A stretch of DNA of 64,000 bases from Saprolegnia diclina VS20 (lineage: Eukaryota), in the NCBI RefSeq assembly GCF_000281045.1, contig NW_008246082.1, positions 129,279 through 193,278 on the forward strand, given 5' to 3'. Shown here in pieces: positions 12,320 through 25,400 of this stretch (within the stretch, counting starts at the first letter, position 1; the number at the start of each line of letters is the position of its first letter). The notes under the pieces are model-generated. The model did no database searches. It saw only the letters and a list, made by a program, of their open reading frames with translations, and was not told the origin of the DNA. The translations under genes and the position numbers were made by a program.

Positions 12320-13292
12320 GGCGCTGACTGAGATTTCTCGACTGTGAAGAAGTTTTCACGCGTCCGAACCACCAAGTCTTTTCGGCTGCCTCCTCCCAGA
12401 CGGAGAGCGGTCCCACACCACTTGCTGTTTGTATGTACCGGCACTCTCTCCGAACGCGAGCACTCTCATTTGGTTTTTGTATACTTTAGAGTGGCCGATG
12501 AGAGTGCACGGGAATGCAGGCAGAGATCTTTGCGCCAAGACGCACCCGTTTGTAGGTGCGCTTTTCGAATCAAGAAGAAGCGCAAGGGTCTCTGGCGCCG
12601 CAGACAAGCGACGATGCGTTGATGTATATAGACCACCACAGGCACGAACGAGTCGCTGCGGACTCTCGTGCGATGCGCTCTCGGTACGGAAAAAAGGTCG
12701 TTGTTCAAGGCGCGGGGAAGTAGCAAGGTGCGTTTTTAAATGAGGTGCGTCTTTCGTCATCCGAATGCTTATCCGGTCTTCGAGAAACTGTCCACTTGTC
12801 ACAGCCATCGAACCAGCCTGCGCCTCGGTGGACGGCAGCGACCGATGGGACTCGGCGGGGCACGACCGACCTGGTCGGGCAATGGCAGGTACAATGCGTT
12901 GGTAGCTATTGTATCGATTACGAAGCCAAAGAAGGAAGCTCGCCGAGGCAAGTCCGACCGCTGGGCAGTGGAAAGATCAACGACCGCGTCTTTTTGTCCA
13001 ATCACAGGCCGCATCTGAGTTGGCGCGAAGCATCTTTGGCTGTGCATTGGCCGAGAGATATCCTTGCGCTTCGGATTGGTCGCCACAACGTATTATAACT
13101 CGATACTCGTACTAGAGCTCGTCTAGTCGTCGTCGAGCCATACAACAAGACAGTATAATTACAAGCTCTCCAATTATATTGCACGACGACTATTGATTTC
13201 CGTGGCGTACTTCACTCTTGCCTGTTGCTTGGATTCCGGATACCCAACTGTGTCATTATCCGGAAGGATCCATCTCGCGAGTTTTGACCAAC

Positions 13293-14375
13293 ATGGTGCA
13301 CATCGTCCGGCCCGCGTGTACCAAGGGAGACCGCCGTGCCGTCGTCGCTCAGAAGACAGCGTCATGCGCTCTCCACTATGGCGACCCCGTCGCTTGCATC
13401 AACAGCGCGATCGAGCGTCTGGACTGGACGACTCTCCGGGCCGTCCTTGAGGTGCCTGGGAACCCGGGGTATCGCCTTTGCGCCGCGACCGAGGCCGAGT
13501 TCGAGACGTACGTGGCGTCCGAGGACCAGGAGCTCAANNNNNNNNNNNNNNNNNNNNNNNNNNNNNNNNNNNNNNNNNNNNNNNNNNNNNNNNNNNNNNN
13601 NNNNNNNNNNNNNNNNNNNNNNNNNNNNNNNNNNNNNNNNNNNNNNNNNNNNNNNNNNNNNNNNNNNNNNNNNNNNNNNNNNNNNNNNNNNNNNNNNNNN
13701 NNNNNNNNNNNNNNNNNNNNNNNNNNNNNNNNNNNNNNNNNNNNNNNNNNNNNNNNNNNNNNNNNNNNNNNNNNNNNNNNNNNNNNNNNNNNNNNNNNNN
13801 NNNNNNNNNNNNNNNNNNNNNNNNNNNNNNNNNNNNNNNNNNNNNNNNNNNNNNNNNNNNNNNNNNNNNNNNNNNNNGTGCGCCAGTACAAGCTCTTCTC
13901 CTTTGTCAACAACGTGCTCGAGGGCCCGATTCCGGCTGCGGTGGCGCCGATCCCAATCACAGCCGACACACGCGTCACCCTCGACGCCCGGCGACTCTTG
14001 GCGCTACCGCCCCACGCCCGGATCCCTGATGACTTCAACCACGTGGTCGTCCTGCGTCTGAACGATGCACTCCGTTACGCGTGGGGCAGATACCCCCCCC
14101 CGACCATGCTCAAGTCATGGCTCCGTTTTAAGACTTCAGCGGCCCCCCCTTTATACTTCAACTTGATACTGCGCTACCAAACACTACAGCAATATGGGCC
14201 GAGTGTGATTCGTGCTGCTTGTTTGCGAGCGTCGGTCGATTCTCTACATGCCAGAGGCTCGTGCATTCGGAATCGTTCAAGCAAAGGTAACATATATGGC
14301 GCGCCAGTGTTTCGGACCTCGAAATGCTCGAGACCAAGGGGTTTCCCTTGCTCGAGACGCAGAGGCCGCGTGTGA
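13293..14375 (+). CDS. Hypothetical protein spanning an assembly gap, possibly of an oomycete Uma2/restriction-endonuclease-like family
   Basis: Coding-like sequence on both sides of the gap (ATEAEFETYVASEDQEL ... VTLDARRLLALP). ATG at 13293 is preceded by paired TCCGGATA motifs. Frame continuity and the 3' end cannot be verified. Confidence 0.4.
   Translation: MVHIVRPACTKGDRRAVVAQKTASCALHYGDPVACINSAIERLDWTTLRAVLEVPGNPGYRLCAATEAEFETYVASEDQELXXXXXXXXXXXXXXXXXXXXXXXXXXXXXXXXXXXXXXXXXXXXXXXXXXXXXXXXXXXXXXXXXXXXXXXXXXXXXXXXXXXXXXXXXXXXXXXXXXXXXXXXXXXXXXXXXXVRQYKLFSFVNNVLEGPIPAAVAPIPITADTRVTLDARRLLALPPHARIPDDFNHVVVLRLNDALRYAWGRYPPPTMLKSWLRFKTSAAPPLYFNLILRYQTLQQYGPSVIRAACLRASVDSLHARGSCIRNRSSKGNIYGAPVFRTSKCSRPRGFPCSRRRGRV
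13538..13877. other. Assembly gap (340 N)
   Basis: Run of N characters. Confidence 1.
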
Positions 14376-14494
14376 TCCAAGCGACGCAGGGTCTCTCTAC
14401 CACTGCAGTACAAAAACGGATCGTGTTCGTCTGTTCTATCCTACCTCACAATACCTATCTTCTCTGAGCTCTATGTCATCGTCGTCGGGGTGCT

Positions 14495-16273
14495 TTACTC
14501 GTCGTCCTTGAGCTTGGCGAGCGTCGCTTGGTGCGCAATCTCGTACTCCTTCCACGCCTCCTTTTGCCGGTGCGCGACCATGTGATGCTCGAGCACCTCT
14601 TCCATGAGCACCTTGTTGAACTCGGACGACGCGCTGCCGTACGCGGCCGCCTGGAACGCAATCACGAGCTTCGAGATCTCACGACCCGAGAAGCCATCGA
14701 TGCGCGACGCCACCGAGACAAAGTCGTCGTACTCGATGTCCTTGACGACGATCTGCTTGGCCTTCGAGTTGGACTGGAGCAGGTACTTGTCGACGTACTG
14801 CTGGAGCATGCGCACGCGTTCGTCGAGGCCCGGGAGCTGGAACTCGACCATCTCATCGATACGATCGTTGATCGCCCAATCAAACTGCTCGGGCTGGTTG
14901 GACGCAAACACAATCATAAACTTGTCGCTGGCTTCGCCCGTCCGGTACAGGAACGCGTTGAGCGCGTTGCGCATGTCTTCACTCATGACTATAAGAAACA
15001 GAATCAGTCCAGTATTCGAGACGACCATGGAGAGCGTACCGGCGTTCGAGCGCTTCTGCAGGAACGCATCGGCTTCGTCGACAAAGAGGAGGAGACCGCG
15101 GTTCGAGTGCGACGCCCAGTCAAAGAGCTTGTGGATCTCTGTGACACCTTCGCGGCCAAGCGGCGCGACGTCACCGCCCGTGAGGATCGCATACTCGAGG
15201 CCCGAGTGGCGCGCGAGCGCCTTGGCGAAGAGCGTCTTACCCGTACCGGGCGGGCCGTGCAGAAGCAAGTGGCGGAACGGCGCGCGGTTCTTCTTCGTGT
15301 TGAACGTCGAGACCGCGACCGAGCGAAGGCGTTCGTCGAGCTTGGGCTCGAGAACAACGCCCTCGAGCGCGTCCGAGGGTGCGCCCATGCGAAGAAGGCG
15401 CTTCACCGACGGGATCGGGTTGGTCGCGACCTGGAGCGCCGACCGGCGCGAGGTCTCACGGACAAGGCTCGGCTTGCCGAGGCGGGCTTCAATGTAGCGG
15501 CCGGTCACGCTCGTCGAGACTTTGGCCGTATATACACCAAGCGCAAGGAGAGAGAGCGACATGACCGTGGCCGAGAGCTTCTCCGAGTCGCCCAAGAAGG
15601 CCATGACACCCGACCCGACCGTGTCGGACGCGAGCTTGATACCTTCCATGACGGTCTCGCGGTACTCCTTGGCGCGGACGCGCGCTTCCTCGAGATGCAG
15701 ATCGTGGTTCAACCGTTCCTGCTTGATGCGACCTTCGACTTCGGCCGCCACCTTGGCCATCTCCGTCTTGGTGCGGAGCTCGGCTTCGTACTCGAGCGTC
15801 TTGCGGCGCGAGGCTTCCTGGCGCGCAAGCATCTCTTCCTGCTTCTTCATCTCCTGCTCCTTGAAGAGCTTCTGCGCCGCCGCCTGGTCGGCCCACTGCT
15901 TGCGCTTGAGCTGGTCCTGGTACTGCGCGCGGCGCTGGTTGTGTTCAGTCTGCGCTTCCATGTTCTTGCGCGACTCCTCGCCTTCCTTCTGGATGCGCTG
16001 CACTTCGTACGCCTTCGTGAGCGCTTCGTTCTCCTTGACCTTGGCCTGGTACTCCATCTGCTTGGTCGTCTCGGTCTCCTTGGCCAAGTTAAAGGCTTCC
16101 TTGGCGTACTTGGACTTTTCAAGGTCGCGGGCCGCCTTGGCCGCGCGCTCGAGGCCCGACGGGTCGAACGAGTAGCCGTTGTTGCTACCGCCGCTCGAGG
16201 CCTGAGCGGGCGCCGCAGGGGCAGGGGTGGCAGCGTTGGCCGGGGTCTCCTTGCGTCCGCCAAAGCCAAACAT
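14495..16273 (-). CDS. ATAD3: ATPase family AAA domain-containing protein 3
   Basis: FDPSGLERAAKAA N-terminal motif, coiled coil, LGKPSLVRETSR, Walker A GPPGTGKT, Walker B LLFVDEAD. One 51-nt intron at 14989-15039. Confidence 0.96.
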   Translation of the reverse strand: MFGFGGRKETPANAATPAPAAPAQASSGGSNNGYSFDPSGLERAAKAARDLEKSKYAKEAFNLAKETETTKQMEYQAKVKENEALTKAYEVQRIQKEGEESRKNMEAQTEHNQRRAQYQDQLKRKQWADQAAAQKLFKEQEMKKQEEMLARQEASRRKTLEYEAELRTKTEMAKVAAEVEGRIKQERLNHDLHLEEARVRAKEYRETVMEGIKLASDTVGSGVMAFLGDSEKLSATVMSLSLLALGVYTAKVSTSVTGRYIEARLGKPSLVRETSRRSALQVATNPIPSVKRLLRMGAPSDALEGVVLEPKLDERLRSVAVSTFNTKKNRAPFRHLLLHGPPGTGKTLFAKALARHSGLEYAILTGGDVAPLGREGVTEIHKLFDWASHSNRGLLLFVDEADAFLQKRSNAGTLSMVVSNTGLILFLIVMSEDMRNALNAFLYRTGEASDKFMIVFASNQPEQFDWAINDRIDEMVEFQLPGLDERVRMLQQYVDKYLLQSNSKAKQIVVKDIEYDDFVSVASRIDGFSGREISKLVIAFQAAAYGSASSEFNKVLMEEVLEHHMVAHRQKEAWKEYEIAHQATLAKLKDDE

Positions 16274-17410
16274 GATGCGCGGTACGATGAATCTTCTGGA
16301 ATAAGGGCTCTGGGCACCAACAAAACACGAGGGGGGATGGTCCAACTGCAACTCGCATTTAATGACCTTATCTTTTGTATGGAATGTGAAATGTTGGAAT
16401 AAAAATAGTGATTGGCCGAGTCGTCCACCGCCGCCAGTGGACTAAACGCACCCAACGTGCGATTGCACCAGTCTGGCGCCACGCGCAAGGACATGCACGG
16501 CCTCGCCTGTCGTCAACGACGCCTTGCACAAGGATGCCCATGTCTACTAGGTAGCACCATAGCAATACATGCACCGCGTCTGCAAAGGCGATCCTTGTCA
16601 AAATGGGCATGGCGTCCGTCGAGCCACAGGAAAGTTGGGTGTTTTTACTGCGCTGGTTGCGCCAGCTTGTGGCGCAGCTTCCGAACCGCACCGAACGCGG
16701 CGCGGCGGCTTCGATCTGCGTCGGTCCTTGTATCGCATGGGAAAGGCCGAGCCAATGACGCGACGAAGGCAGTGCCAACTGAGTCAGCACCAGCACCGTC
16801 CTTCTTGATGAGCTTGCTGGAGCTGCAGTCGCTCACAGGAGCGCCGTCCAGGAGACACCAAGTGCCCAAATCATTGCCGCCCAGTGGACGCACAAAAGGT
16901 ACATGTATTCGCTGACAATGCCCGAGCGAATGAGGTCGATGTGATGAGCCCATGCTGAATGCGTTGCGACTTCATGGCTTTGGCATCACTTCGAGTACGA
17001 CACCGCCACGGCCGGGCGACTGTTTGTCTCGCCCTGGCGCTCGTGGTCGCCATCTCGAGACAACTCTCTTCGACGCCGTCGAGTCCCAATGCGATCTTAT
17101 TCCAAGTCTGCAACCACACAGGTTTCTTTCCTGTGACCTTGGATGCAACAGCGAAAGCAAAGAAGGGCCGGCTCTCGCCTTTCGACCGAGCCGTTTCGTT
17201 GGACGCTAGCGTCGTCGTTGCGCATCAAGCGTACCAACTTGGGCACGACCCGCTTATCCGACGCGGCGCAAGAACAAGGAGGCAACATCACAGAACGTAG
17301 TGGAATCAACGGCGTCGTATTACATGGTCCAGCCATGGCCCGTGAGGGCACATGACCTTTTCAAACTCGGCCCGTGACCCCTCACCCTGATCTAAAACTA
17401 GATCCATCGC

Positions 17411-17867
17411 TTACTCTTCGACGTTTTCGGTGTGCGTGCCCTTGTACGTGGCGACCTGGACGTGCTGGACGAGCGTGTAGAGCTTCTCCTTGGCGTTCTC
17501 GTCGTCGTTGCGCTTGCGCGAGAGACGGACGCGGACGCGGTACGGGATGTTGCGCACACCCTGCGACCAGATGAACTTGTTCAACTTGGCGTCGATGCGG
17601 ACATCCGCCGTCTTCATGGCCTTCTGGGCGAACGACTTGATTTCGCGGACGGCCTTGGGGGCCTTCTTCTTGAAGGTACTAAGTGCTCGTTAAGGAAGTC
17701 TCCAAGGTGGGAGCTACAGAGAGGAGCTTTGGAAAAGACATGCAGATAAGAGAGCGTCAAAAAGGATACGCGCCATGGAGACGCTTGTGGAGGTTGATCG
17801 TGTAGTCACGCGAGATGACGTCGGCGACGACCGTCTTGGTGTGCTTCTTGGTGTTTTCCTTGGCCAT
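17411..17867 (-). CDS. RPL31: 60S ribosomal protein L31 (eL31)
   Basis: [62 protein letters not shown]. Intron at 17679-17769. Confidence 0.97.
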
Positions 17868-18009
17868 TGTGATGCGACTTGAGCTCAGAAGGGTGAGTTT
17901 TGGAGTAGGCCAATCAGCCCAACTCGAGAAACCACGACGACCAATACTTTTTCACACCAGTCATTTGCCACCACGCCGCAGATAACCAATCAACGACCAG
18001 CATCACAAC

Positions 18010-18034
18010 TCCGGATAATTTCATTTTATCCGGA
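18010..18034. promoter_or_regulatory. Inverted pair TCCGGATAA-N7-TTATCCGGA upstream of RPL31
   Basis: Read directly from the sequence. CCAAT boxes lie between it and the RPL31 ATG. Confidence 0.5.
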
Positions 18035-19317
18035 CCCGCCCGTTTTCAAAATACAGAGCCTCGTTTTGGAGTTGCTGTGCAGGACGATCCTAGCGCGATC
18101 AGAAGCAACAAGCGGGGACGCCCCGTGCTGCTATTGAAGCTACTTGTCAAGCTGGAATAAACGACATCCGACGATCTGTAAAAGAAGAGGCTTTCTTTTG
18201 GGAGAGCATGTCGAATTGCCGTTTGTACGAACGATACGTGTGGAGTGGAGGCAAGCTCCTGCAGTTGTGTGCTAACAGGTTGAACCAGGTCGAACACGAA
18301 AGGCTGTCGACATAGCTGATCTTGTTTTGTCTTGTGGCCAGTCTAATGCAGTCCATGCACGTAACGTATTAATAGCTTGGCTTTCCCACTGCAGACGAGA
18401 TCGACGACCATATCCAAGGCAAATGAACGGGCGCTTGTTCAGCAGCAGAGCCATATCTCTTGGCTCCACTCTTCCTACAACCAATAGCACTGCTTTGGAG
18501 AAAAACTTGTTGGGATATTGGATCCGCTGCATTGCAACTGCGCAGCATGTTGACGAGCAATGCAATCGCAGCGCTCAACTATATAACGTGCTTGTGGGTC
18601 CAAGCGGTAGCTTATGCAAGCAGAAGCCTCGTCGCAACAGTTGTAGACAGTCTTTGATTTCGCGCAAGCCACAAGACAACACGCGTTACCGGAGCCGAGT
18701 GGCATGCAGCCAAAGTTGTTGTTCTACGACGAGAGCTATGCAAGGTCAAAGCACTATCGTACTATGTATCAACCGACCTCATAATCGATGGAAAGATCTC
18801 CCAGACAACGAGAAGTGCCAAAGGAACTACAAGCAAGCTTGACATGATCATGACCACGAGGGACATCGCCCTAAGTGTATACCCTCACACACAACTTGCA
18901 CCAGATCTGCTACGACAAGGTACAGTACCAAGGAGCGTTCGTCGTAGTAAGTTAGTACAATGCGCAATAGCCATATCGAACGCCATAGCGCTTGCAAAGG
19001 AGAAAAGCCTGTCATACTACCGGTACTGTAGTAGTGCAGATAGTAGCTGGCACTCGATAAGCTCTGGTATGCTGGCACCAGCGAGGGTAATAAGCTTTGG
19101 CAGAGTGCGACACTCTGTCCTTGCCTCGCTTGCGCGGGCTAACGTAGACCGCGAATGGTGCTAACGTTATTAGACTGGTGGTGCTGTTTGCGCTCGCCGC
19201 TCTGCGTGGCCTTTGTCGCAGCTTGGGCACCCGCAAGAACTTGTTGCGATGTGGCAATCCAGTGTATCCGTAGATCATCCGGATATGCGTCTGGTGGATT
19301 TCGCGTCAAAATTGAAA

Positions 19318-21587
19318 ATGCAGCGGCTTTTTCACGGTGCTTCGTCCATGATCATCATCATCTTCCTGCTCATGGCCGTCTTCTCGTAGCTCCGGCAGGC
19401 CGGCGTCTCTGGCCGCGCGCTGCTTCTGCATGGTCGCGCTCGATGGCCTCGTCCAGCGACGCTACCCTTGCGACGCAGGACTTTCGCACGCACACGTGCG
19501 GCGCGCTGCGCGAAGGCGACGTCGGCAGCAGCATCAAGCTCTCCGGTTGGGTCGATGCTGTGCGCGCGTTCGGGCCGCTCACGTTTGTGTCGCTTCGCGA
19601 TCGACATGGCACGACGCAGCTCGTGTTCTCGGACGAACGCGTCGAGGCCGCTAACCAGCTCAAGCCCGAGTCAGTGATCCGCGTCACCGGCGCCGTGCGC
19701 GAGCGCCCAGACAACATGCGCAACGCCAACATGGCCACGGGTGCGATCGAGGTCGTCGTCGACAGCGTCGAGACGCTCAACACGTGCGCGCAGCTGCCCA
19801 TCCAGGTACACCTGCTCCACGCTCCAGCGATGGCATCTCATGCGAGTAGGTGAGCACGGGCTCGGACGTTGCGACGGAAGAGACGCGGCTGCGCCACCGA
19901 TACCTGGACCTGCGCCGCGCCTCATTGCAGCAAAACCTCGCCGTTCGCTCCAAGGTGGCCATGACAGGTATCAACATCTTGTTGTATGTACTCCACACGA
20001 CATGACTACTCATTAGCGCGCAACTACTTGTGCGACCAGGGTTTTCTCGAAATCGAGACGCCGACGCTCTTCAAGAGCACGCCCGAAGGCGCCCGCGAGT
20101 TCCTCGTGCCCACGCGCACTAAGAACCAGTTTTACGCGCTCACGCAGAGCCCGCAGCAGTACAAGCAGGTACTACACCAACGCGTCGTCGCCATCCTTTC
20201 CGTGATTTCACACGACAGTCGTAGCTGCTCATGGTCGGCGGCTTGGACCGGTACTTTCAGCTCGCGCGCTGCTACCGTGACGAAGGCGGTCGGGCCGATC
20301 GCCAGCCCGAGTTTACCCAGATCGATCTCGAAATGTCGTTTGTCAACCAGCACGACATCATGGGCATGATCGAGGTACATGATGGCACGCATGCTGATGG
20401 TCGCGACAACTGTATTTAGGGCATGGTCAAGCAGATCTGGCACGGCGCCAACGCCTCGATCGATATGGCGACGCCGTTCCCGATCATGAGCTTTGACGAG
20501 GCCATGGACCGCTTTGGCGTCGATAAGCCCGACACGCGTTACGGCCTCGAGATGCACGACGTCCACGCGCACATGCCCAAGGACGTCTTTGGCGACGCAC
20601 CGGTAGTGCGCGCGATCAACGTCAAGCAGCTCGGTCTGCACGGCTTCTCGCGCAAGGACATTAGCGAGCTGGAAGCGCTCTCAAAGCGCCTCTCGGTCGA
20701 TGGCAAGGGCGCGTTTGTCGTCAAGGTCGACGAGGTACATATGACGACGCCTTGGGATCTTGAGCCAACGTGGAGTAGGGCAAAGCGTGGAAGTCGTCGC
20801 TGGCCAAGAAGCTCTCGGACGACCAGCTGACAGCGCTCAACACGGCCTTGGACGTGGACGCGGGCGACGTGCTTCTTCTTGCGTCGGGCTCGTACGCCTC
20901 GGTCTGCACGCTTCTCGGACGCATGCGTATCCAGTGTGCGCAGATGCTGTACGCCAAGGGGTTTCTCCAGAAGGAGCTCGACCCGTTCAACTACCACCAC
21001 CTCTGGGTCGTGGACTTTCCCATGTTTGAACTCGACGAAGGCGGGAACGGGCTCTCAGCGACGCACCATCCGTTCACGGCGCCCCAGGCCGCGCACCTCC
21101 CGGCGCTGCAAGCGCTTCTGGCGACCAAGCACAATGCGTGGGAAGACGACGCGATGCAAGCCGCGCTCCTCAACATCAAGGCGCAGCACTTTGACTTGGT
21201 CTGCAACGGCTGGGAGCTCGGCGGTGGCTCGATCCGTCTTCACTCGATGGACCTCCAGAATGCTGTCCTGCAGCAAGTGCTCAACTTGCCCGAGGTGCAG
21301 AAGAAGAGCTTTGAGCACCTTCTAAACGCGCTTGGCCACGGCGCCCCGCCCCACGGTGGCATTGCCTTGGGCCTCGACCGGCTGGTCGCGATCCTCTGCG
21401 GCGCGTCGAGGTACTTGTGTCGCATTTGAGATGCATCACCGCACTCACGCCATGTAGCTTGCGCGATGTGATTGCATTTCCAAAGTCGACGACCGGCAAC
21501 GAGCTCATGACCGGATCGCCCGGCCCCGTCACGCCCGAGCAGCTCCTCGAGTACCACATTGCCGTGAACCAGGCGACGACCGCATAG
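19318..21587 (+). CDS. DARS2: Aspartate-tRNA ligase, mitochondrial (bacterial type), multi-exon
   Basis: Arg-rich presequence [14 protein letters not shown]. Motifs [53 protein letters not shown] and RDVIAFPK. Confidence 0.95.
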
Positions 21588-22467
21588 AGACGATGATACA
21601 AACACTACACGTGGCAACCAAATGAGCGTGTAGCCGGCAGACGAACGACGAACTTTCGCTTGAACGTTGGTGTTGGATGGTCCAAGGATCGCGCGCTTCA
21701 ACACCTAAAGTGTCCCACCCTACCGCTCCCCACGAGCCTGCAGTTCCCACCCGCAGCGCATCCCGCGCCACCAGGTGCTGCCGGCCATGGGCCCACCACA
21801 GCCCCCACCACATTGCATACTCGCGCGTAGGCGTTGAGGTCATGCGCTCTGTTCCTGGCAGCGTCCTCGCACGTGGATCACTACCGGAAGCCAGTTCCGC
21901 ATCATCCTGCAAGCTGCCAGCTGGGCGTCATGGGATGGACGCCCATCGCCAAGCGCCTCGCGTAGTCGTCCCACATAGCAGTGTGTATGGAGCTCGTACC
22001 TTGCATCGTCTGCATCAGTAGTAGCGCATGATCTTCCATGCGTCGTCGTCCATGCGTCTCCTGCATGCAGCATATCTTGTGGCCAGGACAGCGCCATCGT
22101 GCCAGCCTCTGAGCGGCCGCCACGAGGGCATGACGCAATCACATATCAACGGTTTCTTCTATATGTCTCAAATGCCTCTCTCTTTCTCTATACTGTCTCT
22201 ATTAACATCTTTGAACAAGTATAAAATCTGTTTCGAGACGGTGGTGAGAATACTATAAATACCGCCTTCAACGTGCAATTTATTGATCCCGATACAAAGA
22301 ATAAATGAGAATAAAAATAGCCCAATAAAATACATTGCCTTGGCTCGGATGGAACATTCGAAGCCAGCCTTTCTGCCACGCCAGAGTGGCTTTTGCATCC
22401 AACCAAACCCGGTGGAGGCACGTTCCTGCCTCGCGCCTGCGCCTCCCACGTACCCACCCGAGTAGCT

Positions 22468-25400
22468 ATGGCACGGACCCATGCCGAGATGCTGGCGGCG
22501 CCGTACGTGCGCGGCCAGACCGACCTCTTTGAGTACCTGACCGCGCTCATGTCGACGCGCATCTTCATCTTTGATGGTGGCATGGGCACGATGATCCAGA
22601 AGCACAAGTTCTCCGAGGAAGAGTACCGCGGCGAGCGCTTCAAGGACTGGCCGCACCTTGTGAAGGGTAACAACGACCTCCTCTCGCTCACGCAGCGCCA
22701 GGTCATCAAGGACATCCACACCGAGTACATGGAGATTGGCGGCGCGCAGCTCATTGGCACCAACACGTTCTCGGGCACGACGATCGCGCAGGCCGACTAC
22801 CACATGGAAGACATCGTGTACGAAATCAACTATGAGAGCGCGGCCTTGGCGCGCGAGGCGTGCGACGAGCTCACGGCCAAGAACCCGCTCATGCCCCGCT
22901 TCGTCGCCGGCTCGATCGGCCCCACGAACCGGACGCTCTCGATCTCGCCCAATGTCGAAGACCCGGGCTTCCGTAACGTCACCTTTGACGAGCTCGTCCA
23001 AGCGTACTACGAGCAAATCGAGGGCTTGATGGACGGCGGCAGCGACATCCTCCTCGTCGAGACGATCTTTGACACACTGAACGCCAAGGCCGCAGTCTTC
23101 GCCGTCGACAAGTACCAAACCGACAAGCAGACGCGCATCCCGCTCTTCATTTCCGGCACCATTGTCGACATGAGCGGGCGTACGCTGTCGGGGCAGACCA
23201 CCGAGGCCTTCTACGTGAGCCTGCGGCACTCGAAGCCGTTCTGCATCGGTCTCAACTGCGCGCTTGGCGCGAACCAGATGAAGCCGTTCTTGCGGCGCCT
23301 CGCCAACGTCGCCGAGTGCTTCGTTTCGGTGTATGCCAACGCTGGTCTTCCGAACGCCATGGGCGGCTACGACGACGACCCGGTGCTCATGGCCGAGTAC
23401 TGCGGCGAGTTTTGCGAAGAGGGCCTGCTCAACATGATTGGCGGCTGCTGCGGCACGACGCCCAAGCACATCGCCGCGATCGCCGCCGCCGCCGCCAAGC
23501 ACCCGCCGCGGCCGACGCCGTCGCCCAAGGCGCCGTTCATGTGGCTCTCAGGGCTCGAAGACATGGTTGTCACAAAAGAGCGGTTTGCCTTCCTCAATGT
23601 CGGCGAGCGCTGCAACATTTCCGGCTCGATCCGTTTCAAGAAGCTCATTCTAAAGGGCGACTACGGCACGGCCATGGAGGTCGCGCGTGCGCAGGTCGAA
23701 GAAGGCGCGATGGTCGTCGATGTCAACGTCGACGACGGTATGCTCGATGGTGTCGCCGCCATGGAGCGCTTCCTCAAGATCGCAGTGACCGAGCCGGACG
23801 TGTCCAAGGTGCCCTTCATGATCGACTCGTCCAAGTTCCACGTCGTCGAGGCCGGGCTCAAGTGCGTCCAGGGCAAGTGCATCGTCAACTCGATCTCGCT
23901 CAAGGTCGGCGAGGCCGAGTTCATCCGCCATGCCAAGATCGTCAAGAGCTACGGCGCGGCGGTCGTCGTCATGGCGTTCGACGAGTACGGCCAGGCGGCG
24001 ACCGAGGCTGAGAAGGTCCGCATCTGCAAGCGGTCGTACGACATCCTCGTCGGCCCCCACGTGCGCTTCCCGCCCGAAGACATCATCTTTGACCCCAACA
24101 TTCTCACGATCGCCACCGGCATGGACGAGCACAACAACTACGGCGTCGACTTTATCAACGCGTGTCGCGTCATCAAGGAGCAGAACCCGTACTGCAAGAT
24201 CAGCGGCGGCGTCTCAAACCTCTCGTTCGGCTTCCGCGGCGTCAACGTCATCCGCGAGGCCATGCACAGCGTCTTCCTCTACCATGCGGTCAAGGCCGGT
24301 ATGGACATGGGCATTGTCAACGCCGGCATGCTCCAGATCTACGACGACATTCCCGCCGACCTCCTTCAGATCGTTGAAGACGTGGTCTTGAACCGAAACC
24401 CCGAGGCCACTGAGAAGCTGCTCGACCGGTCGGTCGTCGAGCGCGAGAAGGCCGAGGCCGCCAAGAAGGGCGGGACTGGCGCCGTCGTCTCGCAGCAAGA
24501 GTGGCGCACCAAGCCCGTGAACGAGCGCCTCACGCACGCGCTTGTCAAAGGCATCTCCGACTACATCGACTCGGACGTCGAAGAGATGCGACTGCTGTGC
24601 GCGCGGCCCTTGCACGTGATCGAAGGCCCGCTCATGGACGGCATGAACGTCGTCGGCGACCTCTTTGGCGCCGGCAAGATGTTTCTGCCCCAAGTCATCA
24701 AGAGCGCGCGCGTCATGAAGAAGGCGGTCGCGTACCTGCTCCCGTACATGGAGGCTGAGAAGGCGGCCAAGCAAGCAGAAGACAAAGCCAACGGCATCAT
24801 CAGCGAAGCCGACGACGAAGACTCGATGTACGCGGGCAAGGTGCTCATGGCGACCGTCAAAGGCGACGTGCATGACATTGGCAAGAACATTGTCGGCGTC
24901 GTCCTCGGCTGCAACAACTACAAGATCATTGACGCCGGCGTCATGGTGCCCTGCGAAGAGATTCTGCGCCTCGCCAAAGAGCACAAGGTCGACATCATTG
25001 GCCTCTCGGGGCTCATCACGCCGTCGCTCGATGAAATGGTGTTTGTCGCCAAGGAGATGGCCAAAGCCGGCATGACGCAGCCACTCATGATTGGCGGTGC
25101 AACGACCTCCAAGATGCACGCGGCCGTCAAGATTGCGCCGCAGTACGCGACGATCGACCACCCGGTCATCCACGTGCTCGATGCGTCCCGGTCGGTCGTC
25201 GTCGTCGGCAACCTCCTGAAAGAAGACGAGAAGGCTGAGTTTGTCGAAGAGATCCTCGAAGAGTACGAAGAGATGCGCGAAGACTACTACGCCTCCTTGG
25301 ATGACGTCAAGATGGTGCCGTACGACCGCATTCGCGAGCGGGGCCTGCACATTGACTTTGCGACTGCGCCGCCGCACGGGCACAGCCACTTCCTCGGCAA

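Noticed and set aside
13336..14061. Several overlapping ORFs through the N run
   Set aside because: Artefacts of translating N as X.
14528..16402. 624-aa plus-strand ORF, and similar long ORFs at 10683-11993 +, 24214-26418 -, 22168-23502 -, 60170-60940 + and 61114-62313 +
   Set aside because: Antisense shadows of real genes, caused by high GC3 codon bias. No recognisable motifs.
16400..17350. Short ORFs in intergenic stretches (also 4150-4550, 5940-6250, 21600-22150, 27490-27900 and 48850-49650)
   Set aside because: No recognisable domain, consistent exon structure or codon bias. They may be old gene debris, but I cannot support that from the sequence alone.
17679..17769. snoRNA in the relatively long RPL31 intron
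   Set aside because: No C/D box pair or convincing H/ACA structure is visible.
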